DNA of 64,000 nt, taken from the NCBI GenBank assembly GCA_964618805.1, contig CAZUBM010000001.1, positions 201,939 through 265,938 of the forward strand, read 5' to 3'. This DNA is from an uncultured Nitrososphaerota archaeon. Lineage in GTDB: Archaea > Korarchaeota > Korarchaeia > Korarchaeales > Korarchaeaceae. The position numbers were made by a program, and so were the translations under genes. Shown in pieces: positions 1 through 10,515 of this stretch (positions are counted from its first letter, which is position 1; each line of letters opens with the position of its first letter). The notes below the pieces were generated by a model. The model was not told where the DNA came from. It saw only the letters and a program-made list of their open reading frames with translations, and searched no databases.

Positions 1-1
1 G

Positions 2-1885
2 ATAGCTACAAACGCTATTTTGGGTCAAATAGGGCTTGAGCTCCCAAAATGTGCTATGTTAACTACGAGAGGCTTCAGGGATATCATCGCAATAGGCAGG
101 CAACAGAGACCAGAACTCTACAATATTTTCTTTCAAAAACCAAGAGAACTGATCCAACGTAAGTACAGATTTGAAGTCGAGGAGAGGATAGGGCCCGATG
201 GACATGAAATAATCCCCTTAAATAAGGGGGATGTCATAAAGGCGATATCTAGAGTAAAAAAGGAAGGAATTGAGTCTGTAGCAATCTGCTTTCTTAACTC
301 TTATGCGAACCCAGCGCATGAGATCGAAGCTAAAAAGTTAGTTGAAAGGGAGTGTAATGTGTTTACAGTAGCTTCCAGTGAGATCTGTCCAGAATATAGG
401 GAATATGAGAGATTTAGCACGGCTGTAGTGAATGCAGTTCTTATGCCAATTGTTTCCTCCTATTTGGGACGCCTGAGACAGGGCCTTGAGGAAATGGGAT
501 TAAAAGCTCCTCTCTTGCTGATGAAATCTAGTGGTGGTATTATTTCAAGTCAAAGAGCCGTGAAAATTCCTGCTGCAATCATAGAGTCCGGCCCAGCTGC
601 TGGAGTTATAGCGGCAACGTTCTATGCAAAGCTAATTGGCTTAGAAAATGTTCTGAGCTTTGACATGGGAGGAACTACTGCTAAAGCTGGAACTATAGTA
701 AACAGAAATCCAGAGGTCACTAGAGAGTATGAAGTAGGAGGTAAAACCCATAAAGGAAGGTTAGTAAAGGGGAGTGGCTACCCTGTTAGGTTTCCATTCA
801 TAGATCTTGCTGAGTGCAGTGCCGGAGGAGGTACTATTGCTTGGGTAGACGAAGGGGGTTTCCTAAGGGTGGGTCCCTTAAGTGCTGGATCAGATCCCGG
901 ACCTGCATGTTATGGGAGAGGAGGAAAGGATCCAACTGTAACGGATGCAAACGTCATTCTAGGTAGACTAAATCCAGAATACCTGCTTGGCGGAAGGTTG
1001 AAAATTCACAAAAAGTTGGCAGAAAAGGCGATAGAGAAAAAGATATGCGAATTCTTAGGGTTAGATCTAGTGAAGGCAGCAAATGGCATAATAGAGATAG
1101 TGAACTCTGAGATGAGCAAAATCCTGCGCATAATGTCCGTTGAAAGAGGGCTCGATCCTAGAGAGTTTGCTCTCATGGCATTTGGAGGAGCTGGACCAAT
1201 GCATGCATGTCAACTGGCTGAAGAACTCTCTATAAACCTCGTAGTCATACCCATAGATCCTGGGCTGTTTTCGGCTTGGGGCCTAATGGCAGCAGATATG
1301 ACCCATGAAGCTTCTAGGCCATTGATGACAACCATGATCGATCACAAAAGGCTCGAAAACATCTTTAGAATTCTAGAAGCAGAAGCAAGGAATGTTCTAG
1401 TTGAGCAGGGAATTGAGAAAGGCAAAATATTCACCTTAAGGGAGTTGGATATCAGGTATTTGGGACAGTCATATGAGTTGCAAGTTCCAGTTCCTCTAAA
1501 GATAGACGAGAATTCTTTAAGCGGAATAATCAATTCGTTCCATGCCAAACATAAAAGAATGTACGGCTATTCGATGCCTGATGAGGAAATTGAATTCGTT
1601 AATGCTAGGGTAAGAGCCATCGGGAGCATTATAAGGCCAAAAATTCCAAAGCAGCCAATTCAAGGGCCTAACCCTGACGAAGACTCCTTACTTGGTTTCA
1701 GAGAGGTTTATTTTAGCGCGAATGATGACTTCCTTAAAACCCCTATCTACAGTAGAGAAAGGCTGAAGCCAGGAAATACGATAGAAGGTCCTGCAATAGT
1801 TGAACAGTACGATACGACAATAGTAATTCCCCCTGGATGGAGTGCAAAGGTTGATGAATTCGGATCCCTGAGGATGGTGAGTTAA
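2..1885 (+). CDS. hyuA: Hydantoinase A / 5-oxoprolinase subunit A (5'-truncated by window edge)
   Basis: Frame open from base 2 (IATNAILG); motifs ESGPAAGV, FDMGGTT, AGGGTIAW, GPLSAGSDPGPACYGRGG, AFGGAGPMHA. Confidence 0.92.
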   Translation: MATNAILGQIGLELPKCAMLTTRGFRDIIAIGRQQRPELYNIFFQKPRELIQRKYRFEVEERIGPDGHEIIPLNKGDVIKAISRVKKEGIESVAICFLNSYANPAHEIEAKKLVERECNVFTVASSEICPEYREYERFSTAVVNAVLMPIVSSYLGRLRQGLEEMGLKAPLLLMKSSGGIISSQRAVKIPAAIIESGPAAGVIAATFYAKLIGLENVLSFDMGGTTAKAGTIVNRNPEVTREYEVGGKTHKGRLVKGSGYPVRFPFIDLAECSAGGGTIAWVDEGGFLRVGPLSAGSDPGPACYGRGGKDPTVTDANVILGRLNPEYLLGGRLKIHKKLAEKAIEKKICEFLGLDLVKAANGIIEIVNSEMSKILRIMSVERGLDPREFALMAFGGAGPMHACQLAEELSINLVVIPIDPGLFSAWGLMAADMTHEASRPLMTTMIDHKRLENIFRILEAEARNVLVEQGIEKGKIFTLRELDIRYLGQSYELQVPVPLKIDENSLSGIINSFHAKHKRMYGYSMPDEEIEFVNARVRAIGSIIRPKIPKQPIQGPNPDEDSLLGFREVYFSANDDFLKTPIYSRERLKPGNTIEGPAIVEQYDTTIVIPPGWSAKVDEFGSLRMVS

Positions 1886-3544
1886 GTGGATCCTGTAACA
1901 GTTGAGGTCATAAGAGGAGGACTTGTTTATGCCGCTGAAGAAATGGGAATAGTCCTCAGAAAGACGGCTTATTCTCACAACATAAAAGAGAGAATGGATC
2001 ATTCATGCGCGATATTTGACAGCAAAGGAAGGTTAATAGCACAAGCAGAGCATATTCCGGTCCATCTGGGCTCTATGTCAATTGCTCTAAAGAATTGCCT
2101 GAAAGAAATCGATTTTCGCCTCGAAGAAGGGGATATGGTCGTCTTTAACGATCCCTATATAAGCGGAACACATCTTCCAGATATAACTATGGTAGCTCCA
2201 GTGTACGAGGGAGAAGAGCTACTTGGTTATGTTGTAAATAAGGCACATCACTCAGATGTTGGAGGGAAGACTCCTGGTAGTCTTCCAGGGGATGCTAGCG
2301 AGATCTATCAGGAAGGACTAATAATCCCTCCAGTAAGGATTGTAAGGAGAGGAGATATAGTTAAGGACGTTCTTAAGCTAATATTGTCGAATGTGAGGAC
2401 TCAGAAGATAAGAATGGGGGATCTTAGAGCGCAAATAGCAGCAAATCTATTAGGAATAAGAAGATTTCGAGAAATTACACAGAAATTTGGGATAAGTGTT
2501 GTTAATGAGGCAATTAACGACATACTTGATTACTCTGAGAGAAGAATTAGGAAAAAGATCTCAGAGATAAAAGAGGGGACTTACGAGGCTGAGGATTATT
2601 TAGAAAGTACTGGAACTGAGGAAAAACTCGTGAAATTAAAGGTAAAAGTTCAAATAAAGGGAGATGAAATATCTTTTGACTACACCGGTACAGATACCCA
2701 AGTAAACGGACCAGTAAATGCCGTTCTTGGAGTTACCTTGGCTGGGATTTACTATGTCTTAATGTGTATCACAGATCCGACCATTCCAATGAATGAGGGC
2801 TGTTTCAGGCCTGTTTCAGTAAAAGTCCCAAAAGGATGTATTCTAAATCCTATAAGGCCAGCTCCTGTTGGAGGAGGAAATGTCGAGACTTCTCAGAGAA
2901 ATGTGGATGTCCTTTTTAAAGCCCTTTCCAAAGCAATCCCTCAAAAGGTTTGTGCGGCAGGTCAAGGCACGATGAACAACGTCTGCGTTGGGGGAATAGA
3001 TGCTTCGGGAAAACAATGGGTCTTTTACGAGACTATAGGAGGAGGATATGGAGGAAGGTATGGTTTAGATGGAGTTGATGGCGTTCAAGTTCATATGACC
3101 AATACGATGAATACGCCAATAGAGGCAATAGAAGCAGCTTATCCGATTCTGTTCTTAAGGTATGAGCTAAGGAAGGATAGCTGTGGAGCTGGGAAGTGGA
3201 GAGGAGGTTGTGGTATAATTAGGAGCTGGAAGCTTTTGGGAGAACGTGCTTCACTTTCTCTAATGGCAGAAAGACAAAAAATAGCTCCATGGGGTCTTTT
3301 CGGCGGGAGACAGGGGGCTACTGGCAAAGCTTTGATAATTAGGTCGGACGGAAGGAAGCTGGAATTATCATCTAAATGTACAGTAACTATGGAAAAAGGG
3401 GATATATTCGTGATATTAACTCCTGGAGGAGGAGGGTATGGGGATCCAAAAGAAAGGGACTACAAAGCAATACTTAGAGATCTAGAAAACGAATTGCTAT
3501 CAAAGGAGAAGATCGCTGAGGATTATGGTCTCTCACTTCCCTAA
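1886..3544 (+). CDS. hyuB: Hydantoinase B / 5-oxoprolinase subunit B
   Basis: SHNIKERMDHSCAIFD, HIPVHLGSM, NDPY..GTHLPD, HHSDVGG, TPGGGGYGDP; GTG start directly after the hyuA stop. Confidence 0.92.
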   Translation: MDPVTVEVIRGGLVYAAEEMGIVLRKTAYSHNIKERMDHSCAIFDSKGRLIAQAEHIPVHLGSMSIALKNCLKEIDFRLEEGDMVVFNDPYISGTHLPDITMVAPVYEGEELLGYVVNKAHHSDVGGKTPGSLPGDASEIYQEGLIIPPVRIVRRGDIVKDVLKLILSNVRTQKIRMGDLRAQIAANLLGIRRFREITQKFGISVVNEAINDILDYSERRIRKKISEIKEGTYEAEDYLESTGTEEKLVKLKVKVQIKGDEISFDYTGTDTQVNGPVNAVLGVTLAGIYYVLMCITDPTIPMNEGCFRPVSVKVPKGCILNPIRPAPVGGGNVETSQRNVDVLFKALSKAIPQKVCAAGQGTMNNVCVGGIDASGKQWVFYETIGGGYGGRYGLDGVDGVQVHMTNTMNTPIEAIEAAYPILFLRYELRKDSCGAGKWRGGCGIIRSWKLLGERASLSLMAERQKIAPWGLFGGRQGATGKALIIRSDGRKLELSSKCTVTMEKGDIFVILTPGGGGYGDPKERDYKAILRDLENELLSKEKIAEDYGLSLP

Positions 3545-3618
3545 AAAGAATCTTAGGTTACAAATTTAGGATTCTCCTTGAAAAACAGCTCTAAGTAAAG
3601 AAATATGGAGGGAGCCTT

Positions 3619-4047
3619 ATGAGAATAAGAAAACTAGTTCCTGAGGATTATGAAGAAATAATAAAGCTCTGGGATGAAGCAGGGCTGCCCTATAAGCCTA
3701 AAGGAAGGGATAGCAAGGAGTCTATTGAAAAACAAATGAAAGAGAACCCAGAATTCTTCATTGGAGCTTTTGATGGTGAAAAGCTGATAGGGACCGTTAT
3801 CGCCTCCTTTGATGGGAGAAAAGGATGGATAAACAGATTAGCGGTCCATCCAAAGTACAGAAGAAGAGGAATAGGACAACATCTCATAAAGGAGGCTGAG
3901 ACCATTCTCAAAAAGAAGGGTGCATGGGTAATCTGCGCTCTAATTGAAAGAAAGAATGAGCCCTCTTTGAATCTTTTCAAAAAATGTGGTTATAAGATAT
4001 CTAGCGATTTAATATATGTAAGCAAAAGGGAGAGCGACCTCGTCTAG
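3619..4047 (+). CDS. GNAT-family N-acetyltransferase
   Basis: LAVHPKYRRRGIG acetyl-CoA motif A; N..SLNLFKKCGY motif B; SD GGAGG upstream. Confidence 0.9.
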   Translation: MRIRKLVPEDYEEIIKLWDEAGLPYKPKGRDSKESIEKQMKENPEFFIGAFDGEKLIGTVIASFDGRKGWINRLAVHPKYRRRGIGQHLIKEAETILKKKGAWVICALIERKNEPSLNLFKKCGYKISSDLIYVSKRESDLV

Positions 4048-4183
4048 AGCAATTTGCTGAATTTCCGTTTGGGCTGTAGTCTCAGAAGAATTTATTCCAT
4101 AATACCCTTTCTACTGATAGCCTCTAGTGACGAACATCTCATATGCAGGAAGATAGTACTTGATGTTAGTGAAAAGCAGTTTG

Positions 4184-4570
4184 TTAGACTAAGATGGATC
4201 GTACAGCAAGTCCTGCAACGAATAAAGTTATGCCTAAGACGACTAGAAGAATTCTAATCGCTATTAATACATAGGAGAGTTTGCTAATACTTATCTCGAT
4301 TTTCTGCTCACTTATGGCCTCCGATAGTCTTATCGCGACTCTTGAGCCACCAACTTTAACGGGAATGACTACTTTACCTATAAGTGGGCTATCAACAGTT
4401 ATATTGAATGAATAAGATGCAATAGGAATCTCTATCTCTTCAGGAAGAAGTTCTGAAACATCTATTTCAACGCTACCTACTGAGGGAAAGAATATGGAAC
4501 TAATGGCAAACAATCCGCCTAGAACAATGAGCATAAAAGGAAGAGCTTTCTCTGCCCAAAACAACCTCAT
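4184..4570 (-). CDS. Hypothetical membrane protein (2 TM helices flanking a beta-rich loop)
   Basis: Hydrophobic N- and C-termini, ATG start, AT-rich upstream. Confidence 0.65.
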   Translation of the reverse strand: MRLFWAEKALPFMLIVLGGLFAISSIFFPSVGSVEIDVSELLPEEIEIPIASYSFNITVDSPLIGKVVIPVKVGGSRVAIRLSEAISEQKIEISISKLSYVLIAIRILLVVLGITLFVAGLAVRSILV

Positions 4571-4660
4571 AACATGAATAGTATCAAATTTGGTTAAAGG
4601 TTTTTCATGTTAAGGAACAGGATTTACACCCAAACTCAGGGTAATGGCAGATACGAGACT

Positions 4661-5062
4661 TTAGAGCTTGCCTTTCCCTGCTAAAACAATCATATATCTA
4701 GGATAACTCATGTTTCTAGGTAGGGGGATCTCTGCATTCAATATCATACTTGCTAGCTCCCTAAACCTCTGTTTGAACTGTCTGTATTCGTTCTTTTCCA
4801 GCACTTCCCTTCCTTTTTCCGTCAGGTGGAACCTCCTTTCACCGTTAGTCTTAACAACTTCCCTGAATATTAGTCTATAGAGAGTGCTCCTGCTGGCATA
4901 TCTTCCAAGTTTTTTGATCCCTCCATATTTCTCATTTGCCTCTATAAGCATGAGAACAGCAAACTCTTCGTTCTCATATATCAGCTCCATTAATTTTCTT
5001 AGCAACTCGTTCTGAGAGTAAGGAAGTATAATGTGCTTGACCTCCTTGTGTGACATGTTCAA
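4661..5062 (-). CDS. Hypothetical protein, possible winged-helix DNA-binding
   Basis: SRSTLYRL...FHLTEKGREVL resembles an HTH recognition helix plus wing. Confidence 0.55.
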   Translation of the reverse strand: MNMSHKEVKHIILPYSQNELLRKLMELIYENEEFAVLMLIEANEKYGGIKKLGRYASRSTLYRLIFREVVKTNGERRFHLTEKGREVLEKNEYRQFKQRFRELASMILNAEIPLPRNMSYPRYMIVLAGKGKL

Positions 5063-5201
5063 TAGGTAAATTCCAAAATCAATTTTAATTTTTTGGAAAA
5101 AACAAGCAAGTCCAACGTAGGACCATTAGGGGGTGAAATTCGATCGACCATAAGGGCGACTCAAGGAAATCCTTATTTGTATCGGAAGGAACCCTTCACG
5201 T

Positions 5202-5567
5202 ATGGTCTCTCTAAGCCCTCTAATAGTGATAAAACCAGGAAGCGCTTTGTATGAGGCGGTCATGGAACTGTTGATAATGTATACAACTGATGAGGCTTTA
5301 ATCCTAGAATTTGAAGGTGAAGGAGCCTTTTTTGTATTCGGAACTGAGAGGTTTGTGTTTCTAGTAGGCGGAGAAGTTAAGGTCTATAGATTAGCTGATA
5401 TAGCCAAAATGTTCGTAAAGGAGGGCGTAAAACCTGACTCAGCAACCACAGAACCGTTTTGGTATCCCTCTAAGTACTTAAATCAGTGGCTGAAGATATT
5501 AAAGGAACTGGGTCATGACTTAACCAAATGGAAGGTCGTTCCTTATGATTTAGAACAGAAAGAGTAG
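5202..5567 (+). CDS. Hypothetical protein
   Basis: 121-aa ATG ORF with plausible composition; no recognisable motif. Confidence 0.55.
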   Translation: MVSLSPLIVIKPGSALYEAVMELLIMYTTDEALILEFEGEGAFFVFGTERFVFLVGGEVKVYRLADIAKMFVKEGVKPDSATTEPFWYPSKYLNQWLKILKELGHDLTKWKVVPYDLEQKE

Positions 5568-5723
5568 GGAGGTAGTCTCTTCGTACCATTATAACTTTTT
5601 AAAGAGGAGAGATGTTGCTCATGCCATAAGTGCTTCACATACAACGTCGAAGAGAAAAAGCGGCGACATGGTTGCAAACCTTTTCAAAAACTTTCAGACA
5701 AATAAGTTAAAAATCGTGCTTAG

Positions 5724-6971
5724 GTGGGTTTATTCCTAACAATGAACCTTAAGATGAAACTATCGCCCATCATCGAGCTGCTTAGAAATAGAAATCTAGC
5801 AATAATAGTCGTCTCCTGGATTCTTTTTGCATTGGCCGGACCTCTTTTCTGGCAGTTTGAATCTGATTATGCGAAGAGGCTGGGCGCCTCACCTGAAATA
5901 ATTGGTATGATGAACTCTGCTTTCACCCTAATCAATATGTTAGTTCAAATTCCTGGAGGTTATTTAGCTGATAAAAGAGGAAGGAAACGACTTGTTGCAT
6001 GGGGGACTTTTCTTGTAGGTTTTCCAAACCTAATTAGAGCAATATCTGGGGATTGGAAGAGCTATTTCTTCGCAACAGCGATATCCGTTGCTGTTGGAAA
6101 CATGTACAATCCAGCTCTTGCGGCAATATACCAAGATTCTCTGCCACCGGATTCAAGGGCCTTTGGAAGTTCTTTAATTAACGGCATTTCTTGGGCAATT
6201 CCCAGCACAATAAGCTCGCTTTTTGGCGGATATCTCTACGAAAGATATGGGTTGCTGGGCCTAAGGGCTGCTTTAGTGGTCAACGCATTTGTCTACTTTG
6301 TAAACGGAATTCTTAGATTCGGTATGAAGGAAACCTTGCAGAGAAAACCAGAAGCGCCTAAGCAAATGTCCTTCAAAGAGACCCTTTCAAGCCTAAAGAG
6401 GGTCTTTTCATGGGCTTATGGCTCAGTAAAAGTGCTTCTAACATTAGAAATCTTTTTTGGGATAATATCTGGAATCTCAGGGGCTTTTTGGCTATTATAT
6501 GCCCTTTACGTGATAGGAGTAAGTAAGTTCCAGTGGGGAATTGTTGGTGCAGTCTACAATCTGCTGTATTTTCCTCTCAGCCTTTACACAGGGAAGATTG
6601 CAGATAAAAGGGGAAGAGTAAGGCAAATGAGACTAACACCTTTCATATGGGTGATCTCAAATCTGATATTCTTAACTGCTAAGAGCTTTGAAGCAGTTCT
6701 CATTTCTTGGATTCTAAGCGTTATAGGAGATGCTTTTTGGAAACCAGGCTTTTCAGCGATTTGGATCGACGTTATTCCAAGGAAGAGGAGAGCTAGGATG
6801 TTCTCCATTAGGACTATAGCAGGTGGAATATCTTCTGTCATAGCATACGCCTTGAGCGGCTTCCTTTACGCAAAGAAGGAAGCATATCCATTTGTAGTCG
6901 TTATTTTGATCGAGTTATCAATGATACCACTTCTTCTTTATCTAAAAGAGCCCGAAGTAAAGGAAATTTAG
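5724..6971 (+). CDS. MFS transporter
   Basis: About 12 TM segments; motif A GYLADKRGRKRL and repeat GKIADKRGR; true start may be a few codons downstream. Confidence 0.9.
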   Translation: MGLFLTMNLKMKLSPIIELLRNRNLAIIVVSWILFALAGPLFWQFESDYAKRLGASPEIIGMMNSAFTLINMLVQIPGGYLADKRGRKRLVAWGTFLVGFPNLIRAISGDWKSYFFATAISVAVGNMYNPALAAIYQDSLPPDSRAFGSSLINGISWAIPSTISSLFGGYLYERYGLLGLRAALVVNAFVYFVNGILRFGMKETLQRKPEAPKQMSFKETLSSLKRVFSWAYGSVKVLLTLEIFFGIISGISGAFWLLYALYVIGVSKFQWGIVGAVYNLLYFPLSLYTGKIADKRGRVRQMRLTPFIWVISNLIFLTAKSFEAVLISWILSVIGDAFWKPGFSAIWIDVIPRKRRARMFSIRTIAGGISSVIAYALSGFLYAKKEAYPFVVVILIELSMIPLLLYLKEPEVKEI

Positions 6972-7732
6972 GACACGATGTCCTCTAGATCACATTTCAA
7001 AGATATTTTCCTAAGCATTTCAGATGGTATTGAGAAGAGCTGTTGAGGATCCTCGACATATATGTAAAGGTGATATCGCTTTGACAATCTATCAAAGCTT
7101 GTCATGGCATACTCTGGCTTCATAGGAAGCTTCTCCTCGTACTCTAAAATTAATTCATCAAGAATTTTCTCTATTCTCTCAGTCCGAAAATCCCTAGGAA
7201 ACTCAAGAGGCAGCATATAACAAGTTAAATTCCCACTTTTCCTTTTGAAATTCGTTATCCTGAGTCCCATGACATCCTGATTGCTGATCAATACATGGCT
7301 GAGGGTTGGAGTAAGGATCTTAGTGTAATTGATTGATACTTCCTCAACTATACCTTCAATATTTCCCATTCTTACGTAATCTCCTATATTGAACGGACGT
7401 GAAATCAGGACGTATAGTCCTGCGATAAAGTTGCCTATACTTTTAGTGGAAGCAAAACCAATAGCCGTTCCTGCTAACGCAGAAAAACCGACAAACCAAT
7501 CGCTTGGGAGACCTCCAAGCTCAAATAAGGCAGCAATCCCTCCAAGCACAACGATGAATCTGCTTAGAGTAGCCAAAGCGTTTTCAGCGGTAGGAGATAA
7601 TCGTACCCTGCTTGCATACTTCTTTATGTACATTGTAAGAAGTCTCTCTATGACTGTAGTAGCGAGTAGAATGGCGCATAGCTTTAAAGCTATCACCAAA
7701 TAGGTAGGAACGCTCTCAATTATTTCTGGCAC
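6968..7732 (-). CDS. mscS: Small-conductance mechanosensitive channel (MscS family)
   Basis: AIGFAS..IGNFIAGLY...RPFNIGDYVR..GIVEEV signature after 3 TM helices. Confidence 0.85.
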   Translation of the reverse strand: MPEIIESVPTYLVIALKLCAILLATTVIERLLTMYIKKYASRVRLSPTAENALATLSRFIVVLGGIAALFELGGLPSDWFVGFSALAGTAIGFASTKSIGNFIAGLYVLISRPFNIGDYVRMGNIEGIVEEVSINYTKILTPTLSHVLISNQDVMGLRITNFKRKSGNLTCYMLPLEFPRDFRTERIEKILDELILEYEEKLPMKPEYAMTSFDRLSKRYHLYIYVEDPQQLFSIPSEMLRKISLKCDLEDIVS

Positions 7733-8100
7733 TTAGCATCACCAAATTATCATAGGAGTGCCCTTTGACGAATGATTTCTCATTGAGTAAGGCATGGTTA
7801 TTTAAGATTTCTCTTCTTCAGAAATAGCTTTCTTCAATGCTTTGCTTATATCTTCGAAGAGAGAAGATTTCAGGATTCCAACAAGCAAGATCAGCTTTCC
7901 AATAACGAAGACAGCATCGCTAAGAAAAGCTTTATCAAATCCCTTCTTTCTACCTTTTTATTAGTCTTCTAAGGGCTTTAGCAAGCAATATCATTTGAAT
8001 TGTGGCAAAATATCTTTTTTGCATCTATTTTGGGAAAAATCCTCCTTCATAAATGCCCAGGTAATTTATCATACAATAAAACAGATCCCCCAAGGTCCTT

Positions 8101-9393
8101 TTATACTCTATAGAGATATCTTCTAATTTCCCAATCGGTGACAGACCTAGAAAATTCAGCCCACTCTTCTTCAAGCATATCGAGATAAGTATCGCAGACA
8201 TCCTTTCCTATGTATTTTTTGAGAACTTCATCGTTTCTCGCTTCATCTATGGCTTCCTTCAAGTTACAAGGCAAGGTATTGAATTTCTCAGGAGTCTCAT
8301 ACACATTCCAGTCTGTGGGATTTCCTGGATCCAAACTTCGCTCTATTCCATCCATTCCGGCTGCAAGTACGGCAGTAAAAGCTAAATAAGGGTTACAGGA
8401 TGGGTCCGGAGCTCTGAACTCTATTCTAAAACCTCTATCCCTAGAAGTTGGAACTCTGACTAAAGCAGATCTATTTTTGTATCCCCAACAAATGTAAACT
8501 GGAGCCTCATATCCCGGAACCAGCCTTTTATAGGAGTTTATGGTTGGAGCTACAAAGGCAGATAAAGCCCTTGCATGCACCAATAATCCGGCTATGAAGT
8601 GCTTTGCCATTTTAGAGATCGAACTTTTATCATGATCCCAAAATAGATTATCTCCATCTAGATTAGATAAGCTTATATGAAGGTGCATTCCAGAGCCATT
8701 TATTCCCTCAAAAGGCTTTGGCATAAAAGTTACACGCAAACCAAATTCAGAGGCGATATTTCTCAGAATTTCTTTGTATATTAAGATAGAATCCGCCGTT
8801 TTAAGCGCATCAGAAAATTCAAAATCTATCTCGTGCTGTCCTGGAGCAACCTCATGGTGTATTGCCTCAGGTTTTATCCCTGCCTCTGATAAGGCCTTTG
8901 CGAATCTAATCTTGATATCCATTGCGTTGTCTTCGGTCAGATCAAAGTAACCACCATCATCGTGCTGCTTGCTTTCATTGAGCAAGAAGAATTCGACTTC
9001 TGCACCTACGTTGAAGGTTAATTCCTTTGTTCTAAGCAAGTCCATTGATCTCCTCAATATTTGCCTCGAATCTTTCTCAAAAGGCTTGCCATCTGGCTTA
9101 AGAATATAACAGAAGAAGTTTCCTATGATCTCTCCCTTATGCATTGAGGTAAAGAAGCTGCTAAGATCTGGCTTCAGGTATAAATCCGATTCTTCTATTC
9201 CTATGAGTTCCAGAGAAGACCCATCAAAACCTATTCCTTCCTCCAATGATTTCTTAAGATCCTCTGAGGGAATAAAAAGCCCCTTTGGTCTACCAGAAAG
9301 ATCTACTGTCCTTAACATCAGAAACTTTATGTGCTGTTCCTCTATCTTTCTCTTAATCTCCTCAACAACCATTTGCTCTTGAATTGTCACCAA
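8101..9393 (-). CDS. glnA: Glutamine synthetase type I
   Basis: GFDGSS, HHEVAPGQHEIDF, FMPKP..GINGSGMHLH, NSYKRLVPGYEAP, NRSALVR, RIEFRAPDPSCNPYL. Confidence 0.95.
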   Translation of the reverse strand: MVTIQEQMVVEEIKRKIEEQHIKFLMLRTVDLSGRPKGLFIPSEDLKKSLEEGIGFDGSSLELIGIEESDLYLKPDLSSFFTSMHKGEIIGNFFCYILKPDGKPFEKDSRQILRRSMDLLRTKELTFNVGAEVEFFLLNESKQHDDGGYFDLTEDNAMDIKIRFAKALSEAGIKPEAIHHEVAPGQHEIDFEFSDALKTADSILIYKEILRNIASEFGLRVTFMPKPFEGINGSGMHLHISLSNLDGDNLFWDHDKSSISKMAKHFIAGLLVHARALSAFVAPTINSYKRLVPGYEAPVYICWGYKNRSALVRVPTSRDRGFRIEFRAPDPSCNPYLAFTAVLAAGMDGIERSLDPGNPTDWNVYETPEKFNTLPCNLKEAIDEARNDEVLKKYIGKDVCDTYLDMLEEEWAEFSRSVTDWEIRRYLYRV

Positions 9394-9498
9394 TTTCCTC
9401 AGATTGTCTGAAAGAAAGGCTAAACAAAAACTCCTCTGAAGTTAGAGCAATAACACTTCCTTTATTAAAGTACAACGAATAAGCAAGAGGCTCAAAAC

Positions 9499-9520
9499 TA
9501 TTATAACCAACATTATAATA
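9499..9520. promoter_or_regulatory. Perfect inverted repeat TATTATAA-N6-TTATAATA in the divergent glnA/regulator intergenic region (operator or back-to-back TATA boxes)
   Basis: Read directly from sequence; extends imperfectly to TCAAA...TTTGA (9492-9525). Confidence 0.5.
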
Positions 9521-9559
9521 TTTGAACCTTGACAATAATGCTTGGAAAAGTGATGATGT

Positions 9560-10495
9560 ATGAGCTTTTACGTTGAAAGAACGGAAGAAGGCCAAAATGC
9601 ATACAAGACTTTCCTTATCGAAGACCCGAAGATGATTACAATTCTTGGAAACGAAATTGCTTTGAAAATACTAAAGGAACTAGGGAAGAAACCAGCTTGT
9701 CCCATGGATGTAGCAAGAAGCCTTGACGTTCGAGAACAGACTGTTTACTATAACATAAAAAAGCTAGAAGCCGCCGGCTTAGTGCGTGTAGTCGCTACAG
9801 AACAGAGATCGGGAGCCATAGCAAAGATATATGAGCCCGTAGCAAGCGTGATATCCATGAAGCTATTCCCCTCAGAGCCTATCAAGGACTTTAAAGCCAG
9901 ACCTGCTGAGATAGATTTTCTACGGCCCTTCATAAGAGAAGGTTTTTTTGACTCACTCATAATCCTTGGAAGTCCAGATCCACATGGAAAGTATCGTTCT
10001 AGGGCCTCTGATGGCTTTTGTGCGATAAATCTTGCCATGTTCTTTGGCCAGTTTACAAGAGATTATAGGATACCGTTCTATAAGCTAGATACACAAGTAA
10101 GAGAGGTTGATCTAGAGAAAAACTTGGTAGTTGTTGGTGGTCCAAAGGCTAACATAATCAGTGCTAAGATAAACGAGCACCTACCAATATTCTTCGACTA
10201 CTCTGAAGAACTTAGGGAGTGGAGCATAGTTTCATCTCTATCTAGGAAAATCTATAGGGAAAAGCAGGTAGGTCTTATTGCAAGGATAGACAGCCCCTTT
10301 AAGGATGATAAAGAGATCCTCCTATTTGCTGGAATGGGTTTCAGGGGAACAAGAGCTGCAGTGTTGGGTTTCATAAGGCATTTGGATCAGGTTCAAAGCG
10401 GAAATTTCTTCAATCCAAAAGTTATAGCTAAAGTAGTTAGGGGCGTGGACATCGATGCTGATGGGATAATCGATGATGTTGAATTTCTAGAATAA
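9560..10495 (+). CDS. ArsR-type HTH transcriptional regulator with C-terminal alpha/beta domain
   Basis: ILKELGKKPACPMDVARSLDVREQTVYYNIKKLEAAGLV HTH; C-terminal NLVVVGGPKAN motif. Confidence 0.8.
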   Translation: MSFYVERTEEGQNAYKTFLIEDPKMITILGNEIALKILKELGKKPACPMDVARSLDVREQTVYYNIKKLEAAGLVRVVATEQRSGAIAKIYEPVASVISMKLFPSEPIKDFKARPAEIDFLRPFIREGFFDSLIILGSPDPHGKYRSRASDGFCAINLAMFFGQFTRDYRIPFYKLDTQVREVDLEKNLVVVGGPKANIISAKINEHLPIFFDYSEELREWSIVSSLSRKIYREKQVGLIARIDSPFKDDKEILLFAGMGFRGTRAAVLGFIRHLDQVQSGNFFNPKVIAKVVRGVDIDADGIIDDVEFLE

Positions 10496-10515
10496 CTTCT
10501 GATTCAATAAATGGG

